Below are positions 19,390 to 29,490 of a DNA stretch of 64,000 nucleotides, piece after piece (the stretch's first letter is position 1; every line of letters begins with the position of its first letter). A program made the position numbers and the translations under genes. The stretch spans positions 25,574 to 89,573 of the forward strand of contig CAZWUJ010000013.1 of assembly GCA_964636705.1 (NCBI GenBank), read 5' to 3'. Source of the stretch: an uncultured Vicinamibacteraceae bacterium. GTDB taxonomy: Bacteria > Acidobacteriota > Vicinamibacteria > Vicinamibacterales > UBA8438. The notes beneath the pieces were generated by a model, which was not told the origin of the DNA, did not search any database, and saw nothing but the letters and a program-made list of their open reading frames with translations.

Positions 19390-22300
19390 TCATTCTTGCA
19401 CGGCGGCCGCGCCGGCGGCGACCGGGGCGGGCGGCAGCAACTCGACCATCTCGCCCGAGAGAGTGCTCACGCGCGCCCCGGGCGTAACGATGCCCGCCAG
19501 GTTCATCGGGTCGGCGGCGGCGACGCGAACCCCGCGGCCCTGATCGATACGGCCGCCGTCGCGGCGGACGATGCGCAGCAGCTCCACCGCGTCGGGCCGC
19601 GCGAACTGCTCTCCCACGAAGCCGGCGACGAAGCGGCCGCCGCGCACCTCGCCGCGGGCCTCCATCCGGCGGAGGGACGCAAGCAGATCGCGCCACGGCG
19701 GCATCAGTGTCTCGCGACGGACGAGGTCACGGAAGACGACGCCCCAGCGCAGCAGCAACTGGCGCGCGAAGGCATCGGCGCGCTCGCGTTCGGCGGCGCG
19801 GTCCGGTTGGGCGCCGGGGTCGCCGGCCGATGCGCCGGCTTCCGCCCCTGCCGCGGTTCCGGCCTGAGCGCCCGTGCGTCCCGGCGCGAGCAGCGCCCAG
19901 CGGCCCGCGGTATGACGCGGGCGGGCGGCGCGGAAGCGGCCCTCTCCGCGACGGCGCTTCGGGTTGGTCAAAGCCCGCAGGTTGTCGAAACCGTCGGCCG
20001 TAACGAGGCCGGCCGCGACCAGTTCCCAGAGTCCGTCCTCGACCTCGCTCGGCAACCGGCGCGTCTCCTGCACGAGCTCGCGAAGGAACGACGCGCCCCG
20101 CCGCTGGAGGGCATCGAGCACGGCCTGGGCGGGATGCGAGAGGACCGGCGGATGCGCATCCTCCCGATGGCCGCCGGGCGGGAGCAGCCAGTCGAGGTCT
20201 TCCCGCAGGAAGAGAGCGACTGGCGCGACGCGGGTGGGGCGGACGCGGCGCGCGCGGCCTCCGGCCGCCTCGCCGTTCTCGCCACCGTTCCGGGACTCGA
20301 AGGCCGGATGCGGCGACAACCGTCCCCACATCACTTCGCCCGACAGGCACAACTGGTCGAGCATCTCCGGGTCGTACTTCGCCATGCGGGCGGCAAGCAC
20401 GTCGCGTTCCCAGGCGGCGGCCGACACCTCGCAGCCCTGCAGTTGCTGAATCACCTGCAACAGGCCGGCGGCGCCGTGCAGCCTCGTCCCGTCCGAAAGA
20501 CGCTGCCAGCGCGCGAGGAAGCGGACGAGATCGGCCGACGTCACCGGTTCGATCTCGCGGCGGAGGCGGCCGAGGGTGAGGCGATGGATCCTCGCGAGGA
20601 CGCGCCGGTTGCACCATTCCGTCGGTGCCCCTTCGGCGCGGCCGGCCGCCGTGAAGCGGCCCCGGAGCACCTGGCCCTCGCCCTCGAGGCGGGTGAGCGC
20701 CGCCGTGATCCGATCCTCGGGAATGGCGAGAGTGGCGGCGAGGGCGGGCGCGGTCATCGGGCCCACCGAGTCGAGCCAGCCGCGCAGGATCTCGACCACG
20801 GCGGCGTCGGCGGTGTCCGGCGTCGGCTGATCGATGTCGGGAGGATCCGGATCGACGGCGGCGGCCGGGTGGACGAGGCGCGCGGTGCGGAGGCGTTCGG
20901 TGGCGACCCAGAAGGTGGGAGGTGCGGGTGCCGGCCTGGAGGCCGGCGGACCAGGGGCCGGCCTGGAGGCCGGCGGACCAGGGGCCGGCGTGGAGGCCGG
21001 CGGACCTTGTGCCGGCCTGGAGGCCGGCGGACCGGGGGGCGGACCGGTGAGGGTGGTGGCGCGGCCGGTGTCGGCGAGACTGGCGAACCATTCGCGCCAG
21101 GCGTCGCGCGGCGGGACGAGGATGAGCGTCAGCAGGGCGTCATGGAGCTCCTCGGGGTCGCGCACGACGGGCCATGCTTCGTCCGCCACCTCCCGGATCG
21201 CCGCCTCGTCGAGCGCGCCCATCTCGCCGCCGTCGTCCCCGAGCGTCCGGCGCAACTGGACGGCGCGCGCGCGGCGTTCCTCGAGCGGGGCATCGTCGAG
21301 GAAGGCGTAGGGGTTCGCGTTCAGAATCTCGTGGCCGAGGGGCGACGGTTCGGCCGTGTCGATGGCGTGCGTCGCGACCGTGCCGTCCTCGATGCCGGCA
21401 ACCAGGTCGCGCAATCCGTCGATGTCCATCGCCTCGTGCAGGCAGTCGCGGATGGTCTCGTCCACCAGGGGGTGGTGCGGGATCCGGATCTCGCCGCTCA
21501 GGTTCTCGGCGCACGCCACCTGGTCGGGGAAGACCGCCGCAAGGAGATCGTCGGATCGCATCCGCAGGATGGGCGGCGGCACCTTCTTGCCGCCCGCGAA
21601 GCGGAGGATGGCGAGGGAGCGCGACGCGTTCCAGCGCCAGCGCGCCCCGAACATCGGCGACGGAAGCATCGCCTGGGTCAGCACGTCCTCCACCGTTTCC
21701 GGATGCAGGAAGCGGAAGACCACCTCGAGGGGAAAGCTGTGCTGCTCGGCCAGCGAGATCACGAGGCCGTTGTCGGTGGCCGCCGCCTGGAGCTCGACGT
21801 TGAAGCTGCGGCAGAAGCGCTTGCGGAGCGCGAGCCCCCAGGCGCGGTTGACGCGGGCGCCGAGCGGTGCGTGCAGCACGAGTTGCATGCCGCCGCTCTC
21901 GTCGAAGAACCGTTCCGCAACCAACGTGCGGTTCGACGGCACCGCGCCCAGCACGCCCACGCCCGCCCGCACGTAGGCGACGGCCTGCTCGGCCCCGGAA
22001 CGGTCCAGGCCGCATTCCCGGACGAGAAACGCGACCGCATCATCGTCGGCGTCCGCCGCGGCAACGTGCTCACGGATGCGGGACACCTCGTCCGACAGCT
22101 CGCGCGTTCTCCCCGGCGCTTCTCCGAGCCAGAACGGCACGGACGGCGCGGCGCCGTGCGCATCCTCCACCCGGACGCGCCCCGCCTCGACCCGGCGGAT
22201 CCGCCACGATGTCGTCCCGAGCAGGAAGACGTCGCCGGCCAGGCTCTCGACGGCGAAGTCCTCGTCGACCGTTCCCACAGTCGTTCCCTCCGGCTCCGCC

Positions 22301-23820
22301 ACCACCTGGTAGTTGGCGTTGTCCGGGATCGCGCCGCCCGACGTGATCGCCGCCAGGCGCGCGCCGCGGCGGCCGCGCACGACGCCGTTCACCCGATCGC
22401 GGTGCAGCCAGGCTCCATTCCGGCCCCTCGACGAGGCGATGCCGTCCGACAGCATCGTCACCACCTCGTCGAATATCCCGCGCGGCAGGTCGCGGTACGG
22501 GTAGGCGCTCCGCACCAGGTCGAAGAGCTCGTCCTCGTTCCAGTCGCCGGCGCCCGCCGCCGCGACGACCTGCTGCGCCAGCACGTCGCGCGGCCACGGC
22601 ATCACCGTCCGCTCGTCGAGCAGTCCGCCCCGAATGGCGCTCACCAGCGCCGCGCATTCGATCAGCTCGTCGCGCGTCGCCGGGAAGAAGCGGCCCTTCG
22701 GGACGAACGCCCGATCCACCTTGTGGCCGGAACGGCCGATGCGCTGCAGCGCGACGGCGATCGAGCGGGGCGTGCCGATCTGGCAGACCAGATCGACCGA
22801 ACCGATGTCGATGCCGAGTTCGAGCGACGCGGTGGCGACGATGGCCCGGAGCCGTCCCTCCTTGAGCGCCGTCTCGGCCGCCTGCCGCAGCCGCCGGGAC
22901 AGGCTGCCATGATGCGACAGCACCGCGTCGTCGCCCAGGCGCTCCGCCAGTTGATGCGCCACGCGTTCGGCGAGGCGCCGCGTGTTGACGAAGACGATCG
23001 TCGTCCGGTGCGACAGGATGAGCTCCGCGATCCGGTCGTAGATCTCTCCCCACATGCCGGTCGTGGCGACGGCCCCCAGTTCTTCCTGCGGCGCCTCGAC
23101 CGCGAGGTCCAGTTCGCGGCGGTGACCCGAATCGACGACCGCGGTCTCGCCGCCGTCCACCTCCCCGGTGAGGAACGACGCGACCTCCGAGATGGGCTTC
23201 ACCGTCGCGGACAGTCCGATGCGCTGCGGGCGCGCGCCGCCGGTGGATCTCACGAGGTGGTCGAGCCGGGCCAGACTGATGGCGAGGTGCGCGCCCCGCT
23301 TGTCGTCCAGCACGGCGTGGATCTCGTCGACGATCACCGTCGTTGCGGTCGAGAGCATCGCCCGGCTCCGCTCCGCGGTCAGCAGAATGAACAGCGACTC
23401 GGGTGTCGTGACGAGGATGTGCGGCGGCCGCCGCACCATCTGCTCGCGATCCCAGGCCGGCGTATCGCCGGTCCGGATCGCGGTGCGGATGTCCGCCAAC
23501 TCGGCGCCGGACGCCTCCGCCAGCGCACCCAACTCCGCGAGCGGCTCCTGGAGGTTCCGGTGGATGTCGTTGCTGAGCGCCTTGAGCGGCGAGACGTAGA
23601 CGACCGAGGTCCGATCTTCCAGCCGCCCTTCGAGCCCTTCGGACACCAGGCGATCGATGCAGCTCAGGAACGCCGCCAGCGTCTTGCCCGAGCCGGTCGG
23701 GGCCGAGATCAGCAGGTCGCTCCCCTCCCGGATCAGCGGCCATGCCTCCGCCTGAGCTGGCGTCGCCTGCCCGAACTTCCCCCTGAACCACTCCGCCGTC
23801 AGCGAACAGAAACCGTCCAT
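19390..23820 (-). CDS. lhr: ATP-dependent helicase Lhr (large DEAD/DEAH helicase)
   Basis: 'ATPAQAEAWPLIREGSDLLISAPTGSGKTLAAF', 'VIVDEIHA' and 'HHGSLS' are visible, and the length is about 1480 aa. Start is either ATG 23820 or GTG 23832. Confidence 0.9.
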   Translation of the reverse strand: MDGFCSLTAEWFRGKFGQATPAQAEAWPLIREGSDLLISAPTGSGKTLAAFLSCIDRLVSEGLEGRLEDRTSVVYVSPLKALSNDIHRNLQEPLAELGALAEASGAELADIRTAIRTGDTPAWDREQMVRRPPHILVTTPESLFILLTAERSRAMLSTATTVIVDEIHAVLDDKRGAHLAISLARLDHLVRSTGGARPQRIGLSATVKPISEVASFLTGEVDGGETAVVDSGHRRELDLAVEAPQEELGAVATTGMWGEIYDRIAELILSHRTTIVFVNTRRLAERVAHQLAERLGDDAVLSHHGSLSRRLRQAAETALKEGRLRAIVATASLELGIDIGSVDLVCQIGTPRSIAVALQRIGRSGHKVDRAFVPKGRFFPATRDELIECAALVSAIRGGLLDERTVMPWPRDVLAQQVVAAAGAGDWNEDELFDLVRSAYPYRDLPRGIFDEVVTMLSDGIASSRGRNGAWLHRDRVNGVVRGRRGARLAAITSGGAIPDNANYQVVAEPEGTTVGTVDEDFAVESLAGDVFLLGTTSWRIRRVEAGRVRVEDAHGAAPSVPFWLGEAPGRTRELSDEVSRIREHVAAADADDDAVAFLVRECGLDRSGAEQAVAYVRAGVGVLGAVPSNRTLVAERFFDESGGMQLVLHAPLGARVNRAWGLALRKRFCRSFNVELQAAATDNGLVISLAEQHSFPLEVVFRFLHPETVEDVLTQAMLPSPMFGARWRWNASRSLAILRFAGGKKVPPPILRMRSDDLLAAVFPDQVACAENLSGEIRIPHHPLVDETIRDCLHEAMDIDGLRDLVAGIEDGTVATHAIDTAEPSPLGHEILNANPYAFLDDAPLEERRARAVQLRRTLGDDGGEMGALDEAAIREVADEAWPVVRDPEELHDALLTLILVPPRDAWREWFASLADTGRATTLTGPPPGPPASRPAQGPPASTPAPGPPASRPAPGPPASRPAPAPPTFWVATERLRTARLVHPAAAVDPDPPDIDQPTPDTADAAVVEILRGWLDSVGPMTAPALAATLAIPEDRITAALTRLEGEGQVLRGRFTAAGRAEGAPTEWCNRRVLARIHRLTLGRLRREIEPVTSADLVRFLARWQRLSDGTRLHGAAGLLQVIQQLQGCEVSAAAWERDVLAARMAKYDPEMLDQLCLSGEVMWGRLSPHPAFESRNGGENGEAAGGRARRVRPTRVAPVALFLREDLDWLLPPGGHREDAHPPVLSHPAQAVLDALQRRGASFLRELVQETRRLPSEVEDGLWELVAAGLVTADGFDNLRALTNPKRRRGEGRFRAARPRHTAGRWALLAPGRTGAQAGTAAGAEAGASAGDPGAQPDRAAERERADAFARQLLLRWGVVFRDLVRRETLMPPWRDLLASLRRMEARGEVRGGRFVAGFVGEQFARPDAVELLRIVRRDGGRIDQGRGVRVAAADPMNLAGIVTPGARVSTLSGEMVELLPPAPVAAGAAAVQE
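20930..21045. repeat. Four REP-like units with 27-nt period inside the lhr ORF
   Basis: Units lie at 20930-52, 20957-79, 20984-21006 and 21011-33, with a partial GGCGGACC at 21038-45. They are translated on the minus strand as 'GPPPGPPASRPAQGPPASTPAPGPPASRPAPGPPASRPAPAPP'. Confidence 0.85.
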
Positions 23821-23888
23821 CGCGTCCCCCACAGTCTACGCCGGGCCGCCCCGCCGCCATCCGGACCCTTGGAACAAGAGTAGGATGG

Positions 23889-25934
23889 ATGCCGTCGGGA
23901 TACACGATGGCGCGCGACGAGCACTATCTCAAGACCGAGCTGTACGAGCTGGTTCGGAAGGACCCGGCGATCTTCGAGTTCCTGCAGGCAGGCTCCCTCG
24001 ACGGGATCTGGTACTGGGACGTCGAGCGGCAGGACCAGGAGTGGATGAGCCCCCGGTTCAAGGAGGTCTTCGGCTACCGGGACGACGAGATCCCCAACAC
24101 GTCCGACTGGTGGCAAGCAAACATCCATCCGGACGATCTGGCGGTCGCGCTCGACAACTTCGGGAAGCACCTGGAGGACCCGAGCCATCCGTACGATCAG
24201 ATCGTCCGGTACCGCCACCGCGACGGGGGCACCGTCTGGGTCAGGTGCCGCGGCCTGGCGATCCGGGACGACGACGGGCAACCGATCCGCCTGCTCGGCT
24301 GTCACACCGACGTCACCGCCCTGAAGCGGGCCGAAGAGGACCTGCGGCGGCAGGCGAACGAGCTGCGGGAGGCACGCGACAGCGCCCAGCGGGCCAACCG
24401 GGCCAAGAGCACGTTCCTGGCGAACGTGAGCCATGAGATCCGGACACCCCTCAACGCCGTGATCGGAAGCGCGGAGTTGCTCGGCGACACCGACCTGACA
24501 CCCGACCAGCAGTGCCACGTGGAGGCGATCCACATCTCGGCCGAGGCGTTGCTCGACATCCTCAACGACATCCTCGACTTCTCGAAGCTCGAGGCGGGCC
24601 GTGTAGAAGCCGACTCCTGCCCCTTCCGACTCCGGGAGCGGATCGAGGCGTGGGTCCGCTCGCTCGCGCCCCGCCTGCATGACAAGCCGGTCAACCTCGT
24701 CACCGACATCGCCCCGGACGTCCCCGAGGCACTCGTCGGCGACGAACGCCTGCTGCGGCAGGTGCTGGCGAACCTGCTCTCGAATGCGATCAAGTTCACC
24801 GCGACCGGGCGAATCGCCCTGCGCGTCTGGACCGAGTCGCACGACGGCGACGACGTTGCCCTCAGGTTCGAAGTGGAGGACACCGGGATCGGCATCCCGC
24901 CGGAAAAGCAACGGGTGATCTTCGAGGAGTTCGTACAGGGCGATGCCTCGACAACCCGCCACTACGGCGGTACCGGACTCGGCTTGGCCATCGCGGCGCG
25001 CCTGGTCGACGTGTTGGGAGGCGATATCGGACTCGTGAGCGAGCCGGGCCGGGGCAGCACCTTCCACTTCACAGCGCGCTTCGTGCAGCCGTCGCTCGAC
25101 GCCCCCGGAGTCGACACCGGCGCCGAGCCGGCCAGCGAAGCGGTCGCCCTGGGACCGCTGCGCATCCTCGTCGTGGAGGACAGCGTCGCCAATCAGCAGG
25201 TGGCCATCGGGATGCTGGAGAAGCGCGGCCATGCCGTCGACGTGGTCGCCAGCGGCGGCGATGCCGTGGAGGCGACGTCCGACGCGCCCTACGATGTCGT
25301 CCTGATGGATCTGCAGATGCCCGAGATGGACGGCTACGAGGCGACGCGCCTCATCCGGCGGCGCGAAGCGGCAACGGGCGCCGCGCCGGCGGCGATAGTC
25401 GCCCTCACCGCCCGGGCGTCACGGGGCAGCGAGGCGTACTGCCTGCAGTCCGGATTCGACGGCTATCTGCTCAAACCGTACCGGTCACGCGAGTTGTTCG
25501 ACGTGATAGCCACGGCAGTGGGAATCGGGCGCGCGGCGGCGACGTCCGATGGCGGGGCCGAGGCTGACACGCGACCCGTTCCCGCGCCCGAGGCCGGCGC
25601 GCGCCTCGACTGGGACGCCGCGCTGGCCGCGGTGGACGGCGAGAGCGAGTTGCTGCGCAAGGTGATCGGCGGCTACCTGGGTCAGCAGACGGCCCTGGTC
25701 GACGAACTGCGCGCCGCCCTTGTCGGGAATGACCTGGCCATCGCGCAGCGCGTCGCGCACACGATCGCCGGATCGCTTCGCCTCTTCGAGGAGGCACGCG
25801 TCGTTGCGCTCGCGCATGAACTGGAGGACCGGGCGCGCGAGGGCGACTCGGGAGGCGCGGGCCGGGCCTGGGCCGTTCTGGAACCGGAGCTGAACGCCGT
25901 CGAGACCGAACTGCGGGCCTGGAACGGAAACTGA
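23889..25934 (+). CDS. Hybrid sensor histidine kinase (PAS-HisKA-HATPase-REC-Hpt)
   Basis: PAS region 'WYWDVERQDQEWMSPRFKEVFGY', H-box 'FLANVSHEIRTPLNAV', G-box 'GTGLGLAI', REC 'VLMDLQMPEMDG' and Hpt 'HTIAGSLRLF'. Confidence 0.9.
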   Translation: MPSGYTMARDEHYLKTELYELVRKDPAIFEFLQAGSLDGIWYWDVERQDQEWMSPRFKEVFGYRDDEIPNTSDWWQANIHPDDLAVALDNFGKHLEDPSHPYDQIVRYRHRDGGTVWVRCRGLAIRDDDGQPIRLLGCHTDVTALKRAEEDLRRQANELREARDSAQRANRAKSTFLANVSHEIRTPLNAVIGSAELLGDTDLTPDQQCHVEAIHISAEALLDILNDILDFSKLEAGRVEADSCPFRLRERIEAWVRSLAPRLHDKPVNLVTDIAPDVPEALVGDERLLRQVLANLLSNAIKFTATGRIALRVWTESHDGDDVALRFEVEDTGIGIPPEKQRVIFEEFVQGDASTTRHYGGTGLGLAIAARLVDVLGGDIGLVSEPGRGSTFHFTARFVQPSLDAPGVDTGAEPASEAVALGPLRILVVEDSVANQQVAIGMLEKRGHAVDVVASGGDAVEATSDAPYDVVLMDLQMPEMDGYEATRLIRRREAATGAAPAAIVALTARASRGSEAYCLQSGFDGYLLKPYRSRELFDVIATAVGIGRAAATSDGGAEADTRPVPAPEAGARLDWDAALAAVDGESELLRKVIGGYLGQQTALVDELRAALVGNDLAIAQRVAHTIAGSLRLFEEARVVALAHELEDRAREGDSGGAGRAWAVLEPELNAVETELRAWNGN

Positions 25935-25938
25935 AGCG

Positions 25939-26829
25939 GTGGCGACCATCCTTGTCGTGGACGACTCGGCAGCCGATAGGAGACTGGCTCAGCATCTCCT
26001 GGAGAAGCAGTCGTGGGACGTGCTGCAGGCGGAACACGGGCAGCAGGCGCTGGACCGGATGGCGACAGCCGAAGTCGATCTGGTGCTCACCGACCTCGTG
26101 ATGCCGGAGATGGACGGTCTCGCCTTCGTCAAGCACGCGGCGGCCGACCACCCCCTGCTGCCGGTGGTGCTGATGACGGGACGCGGCAGCGAAGAGATTG
26201 CGGTGAAGGCGCTCGAGGCCGGCGCAGCGAGCTACGTCCCGAAGAAGCTGCTCGCGCGCGACCTGATCGAGGTGGTGGAACGGATCCTCGAAACCTCGCG
26301 CGAGCGGCGCAGCTACAAGCGGCTGCTGGGGCGCCTGCGGAACGCGTCGTTCGTCCTGGAAAACGACCTCCGGCTGATCGCTTCACTCGTCAGCTACCTG
26401 ACCGGCATCCTGCGCGACTCCGGAATCTTCAACGAATCGGATTGCCACGGCGTCTCGACCGCGCTCGACGAGGCCCTGACCAACGCCTACTTCCACGGCA
26501 ACCTGGAGGTTTCTTCCAAGATCCGAGAACACGACCCGCGGGCCTACCGTGCCCTGGCCGAGGAACGCCGTCAGGTTGCACCGTACCGCGACCGCCGCAT
26601 CGTGGTTCGCGCCGCCCTGAGCGACGACGACGTACGCTTCGTAGTCTCGGACGAGGGACAGGGCTTCGACGTCGACGCCGTACCCGATCCGACGCTGCCG
26701 GAGAACCTCATTCAGCCCAGCGGAAGGGGTATCTTCCTGATGCGGACGTTCCTCGACGAAGTGAACTACAACGACGCCGGGAACGAGGTAACGCTACTCA
26801 AGCGCCGGCCGCCGCGGCGGAACGACTGA
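25939..26829 (+). CDS. Response regulator receiver fused to an RsbW/SpoIIAB-like HATPase domain
   Basis: REC region 'ILVVDDSAADRR...LVLTDLVMPEMDG'. C-terminus 'LDEALTNAYFHGN ... SDEGQGFD ... GRGIFLMRTFLDEV'. GTG start lies 4 nt after the kinase stop. Confidence 0.8.
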   Translation: MATILVVDDSAADRRLAQHLLEKQSWDVLQAEHGQQALDRMATAEVDLVLTDLVMPEMDGLAFVKHAAADHPLLPVVLMTGRGSEEIAVKALEAGAASYVPKKLLARDLIEVVERILETSRERRSYKRLLGRLRNASFVLENDLRLIASLVSYLTGILRDSGIFNESDCHGVSTALDEALTNAYFHGNLEVSSKIREHDPRAYRALAEERRQVAPYRDRRIVVRAALSDDDVRFVVSDEGQGFDVDAVPDPTLPENLIQPSGRGIFLMRTFLDEVNYNDAGNEVTLLKRRPPRRND

Positions 26830-26894
26830 CGCGGCCGGCCGTCCAACGGACCTAGCCACACCCGGGCCGCGGAGCCGCAGGCGACGATGCCCGG

Positions 26895-29246
26895 TCAGAC
26901 CTCGCGAAACGCCTGATCGCACGCCCGCTGGAACCGGCGGTCCAGCGCGGACGCATCAGCACCGCGGACGGACCCAAGCTGGCGCCGCGCAGCCACCAGG
27001 CGCTTCACTTCCTCGCGCGCGGCGCGCCGGCGGGCAACCTGGTCGCCCCTCAGGCCTATGGTGTTGGAGGCCATCTGCTCTCGCCACCGCCGCGCGAGCA
27101 TCGCGGCGGGCGATTCGCGAGACGGCGCTTCCCTTGCCGGTTGATCGTCCGGCAGCAGCTTCTCGGCCCGGTCGCAAAGTTCCATCAGCCGGGCAAGCTG
27201 CTGCTCGCGGTCGACGGCGGGCGGCGACGGACGCTTGCCGTTCTTCGGGCTGTTCCGCAAGCTCTCCCTGTGGCGCTCGAACAGCACGTCGCAGGCCGCC
27301 CGGAAACGCTTCCAGATCGCGTCGGCTCGTGATCGCCTGACCGGGCCGACCGATTTCCACTCCGCCTGGGCCTGCTTCGTTTCGTTGATGGCGGCGGTCA
27401 GATCCTCCGCGCCCGCGAGCGCCTCGATCCGCTCGCAAAGCGCCGTCTTCTTGTCGAAGTTCTCCGCCCAGACCTGCTTGCGCTCCGCGAGGTCCGCCTT
27501 GCGCCGCTCGAAGAAGGTCCCGCTCGCCTTGCGGAAGCGATCCCAGAGCTTCCGTTGCGCCTTGTACGGCGCGGAGCCGAGAGACTTCCAATCCTTCTGC
27601 AGCTCGGTCATCCGCTCGACCGTCTTCAGCCAGTCGTCCGACGTGGCCAGCCGCTCCGCTTCTTCGACGAGCTCCCGGCGGCGTTTCAGATTCTTCGCCT
27701 GCTCCTCCTTGCGGGCGGCGAAATAGGCCTCGCACAACGGGTACACGCGATCGTGCGCGGCCTTGAAACGCTCCCAGAGCGCCTGTCCGCGCGCCTTCGG
27801 CACGTCGGCCGCCTGCCGCCACCGCTTCATGATGTCGCTGAAGGCGCCCGCCAGTGCGGCTTCGTCCTTCGGGGATCCGTCGTCCGACGCCAGCACCTCC
27901 ATCTCGCGGCAGAGCCCTTCCTGCACGCCGAGGTTGGCCCACTGCTGCCAGTCGGCGAACTCGCGGAGCTCCCGCACCGTAACCGTGAGCTTGGTGGCGC
28001 GCGCGCGGAGCTTCTTCGTGATGGCTTCCCGGTCGTGCCGCGACGGGAGCGGCGGCATCTCCTTGAGTGCTTGCCGAACCGTCCGGAGCAGCCTCTCCGC
28101 CTCGCCGAGCGACATGCCCTTGTCGCCGGTCATCACCGTCGCGGCCTTGTCCAGCAACGCCTCGAGCTGCGTCAGGTTGTCGCGCGCCTCCTTCTTGCGC
28201 GCCGCCTTTGCTTCCGCCGCTTCCAGCCTGCGCTGTTCCTCTTCCGCCGCCGCCGCGAGTCGCCGCTCCTCCGCGGCTTCCGCCGCGGCTTGCCGGCGCT
28301 CCGCCTCGACGGCCGCCTCCGCCGCCTTCCGCTCGGCCGCCCGGCGCGTTTCGACCACCGCCCGGTCCAGCGCGAGGAGGCGATCCTCGGCCGCGGTCCG
28401 CGCCTCCGCGAAGCGCGCGCTGACGGCCTGATCGACCGGCCCGTCGAGATTGGACCAAGCCTCCAGAATGGCATCGAGGTCGCGGCGCCCCTGCTCCAGA
28501 TCGTTCGTCGACCCGGCCAGCGATTCGAGCCGTTCGCACTCGGCAACCCCGGCGTTCGGATCCGGCTCCGGCTGGGATGGCGTCTCCGGGGCCGCGGGCT
28601 CGGCCCGCGCCTCGAGCTGCGCGCGCGCCCACCGGGCGGACGCCTTGCTGCGCGCGGTACGAGCGACCAGATCGAGCGTTGCCCCGTCGAGGGTGGCCGT
28701 CGACAGCCGTTCGCAGGCGGCCAGGGCGGGGCCCTTCGACTCGGCCTTGACCGCGACGGCCAGCAGTTCGTCGTGGCTCACGATGCGGGCTACTGCCTCG
28801 ACCGCCATGTCGGCCCGCTCCGCGCGGCGCGCAATCGAACCGAGCGTCGGTTCGTCGGTTACGCGTTCGAGCGCCGCCCGCGCCACCACTTCCGATCTCG
28901 CGGACCGGGCTACCCGGGCTAGATCCTGCTCGTCGGTCAGCACTTCCAAGGCGTCAGTCATGTCAATGTCGTCCCTTGCCGCGATCAACGTTTCCCGGAC
29001 GCCCTCCACCGCCTCGACCCGCGCTGCCGCATCGTCTCCCGGATCCTGGAGAAACCCGACGAGCGTTCGGAGGTTGGGCATCTGCTCCACCGCCGTGAGA
29101 CGCACCTCCGGCGAGGGATCCTCGCGTGCGATCTCGATCAGCAGTTCAACCGCGTCGTCGTCCAGACTGCGCACCGCCGCAACGCGCGCTTGCGGGTCGT
29201 CGCTCTGCCAGGAAGGCTGCGACCGAAGGCGTTCCAGAAGCTTCAT
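26895..29246 (-). CDS. DUF349 repeat protein with N-terminal HEAT-like repeats
   Basis: Repeated 'W.....A..LW.RF..A.D.....R' modules, for example 'EWKSVGPVRRSRADAIWKRFRAACDVLFER' and 'DWKSLGSAPYKAQRKLWDRFRKASGTFFERR'. Confidence 0.75.
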   Translation of the reverse strand: MKLLERLRSQPSWQSDDPQARVAAVRSLDDDAVELLIEIAREDPSPEVRLTAVEQMPNLRTLVGFLQDPGDDAAARVEAVEGVRETLIAARDDIDMTDALEVLTDEQDLARVARSARSEVVARAALERVTDEPTLGSIARRAERADMAVEAVARIVSHDELLAVAVKAESKGPALAACERLSTATLDGATLDLVARTARSKASARWARAQLEARAEPAAPETPSQPEPDPNAGVAECERLESLAGSTNDLEQGRRDLDAILEAWSNLDGPVDQAVSARFAEARTAAEDRLLALDRAVVETRRAAERKAAEAAVEAERRQAAAEAAEERRLAAAAEEEQRRLEAAEAKAARKKEARDNLTQLEALLDKAATVMTGDKGMSLGEAERLLRTVRQALKEMPPLPSRHDREAITKKLRARATKLTVTVRELREFADWQQWANLGVQEGLCREMEVLASDDGSPKDEAALAGAFSDIMKRWRQAADVPKARGQALWERFKAAHDRVYPLCEAYFAARKEEQAKNLKRRRELVEEAERLATSDDWLKTVERMTELQKDWKSLGSAPYKAQRKLWDRFRKASGTFFERRKADLAERKQVWAENFDKKTALCERIEALAGAEDLTAAINETKQAQAEWKSVGPVRRSRADAIWKRFRAACDVLFERHRESLRNSPKNGKRPSPPAVDREQQLARLMELCDRAEKLLPDDQPAREAPSRESPAAMLARRWREQMASNTIGLRGDQVARRRAAREEVKRLVAARRQLGSVRGADASALDRRFQRACDQAFREV

Positions 29247-29490
29247 TCAACCGGTCGAGTGGACAGGTCTCGATGGATTATGCATACTCGGGGCCAGTTT
29301 TGGAGAAGCGGCAAGTCGGGACCAAAATGCCGCAAACAGACCACTTTTGGCGGATCAGGGCAGCGATCACCCTTCGGGCACCGAATTGAGTCCCGGTTCT
29401 TTGGATCTGGAAATTCAAAGTATTGAATACTCCAGCCGCCTTGGGGAGCAGCGGCACGCTGCCACGAACAGCCGCAAAGGAGCAGGACCG

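Noticed and set aside
19282-23883. 1533-aa plus-strand ORF, the longest in the window
   Set aside because: It is exactly antisense to lhr. Its translation is low-complexity and rich in R, A, G and P, with no motifs. This is a typical high-GC shadow ORF, whereas the minus strand carries clear helicase motifs.
23799-25232. 477-aa minus-strand ORF antisense to the histidine kinase. Similar shadow ORFs lie over the DUF349 gene (26956-28632 and 27555-28922).
   Set aside because: These are shadow ORFs. The opposite or other frames carry the H-box/G-box and DUF349 repeats respectively.
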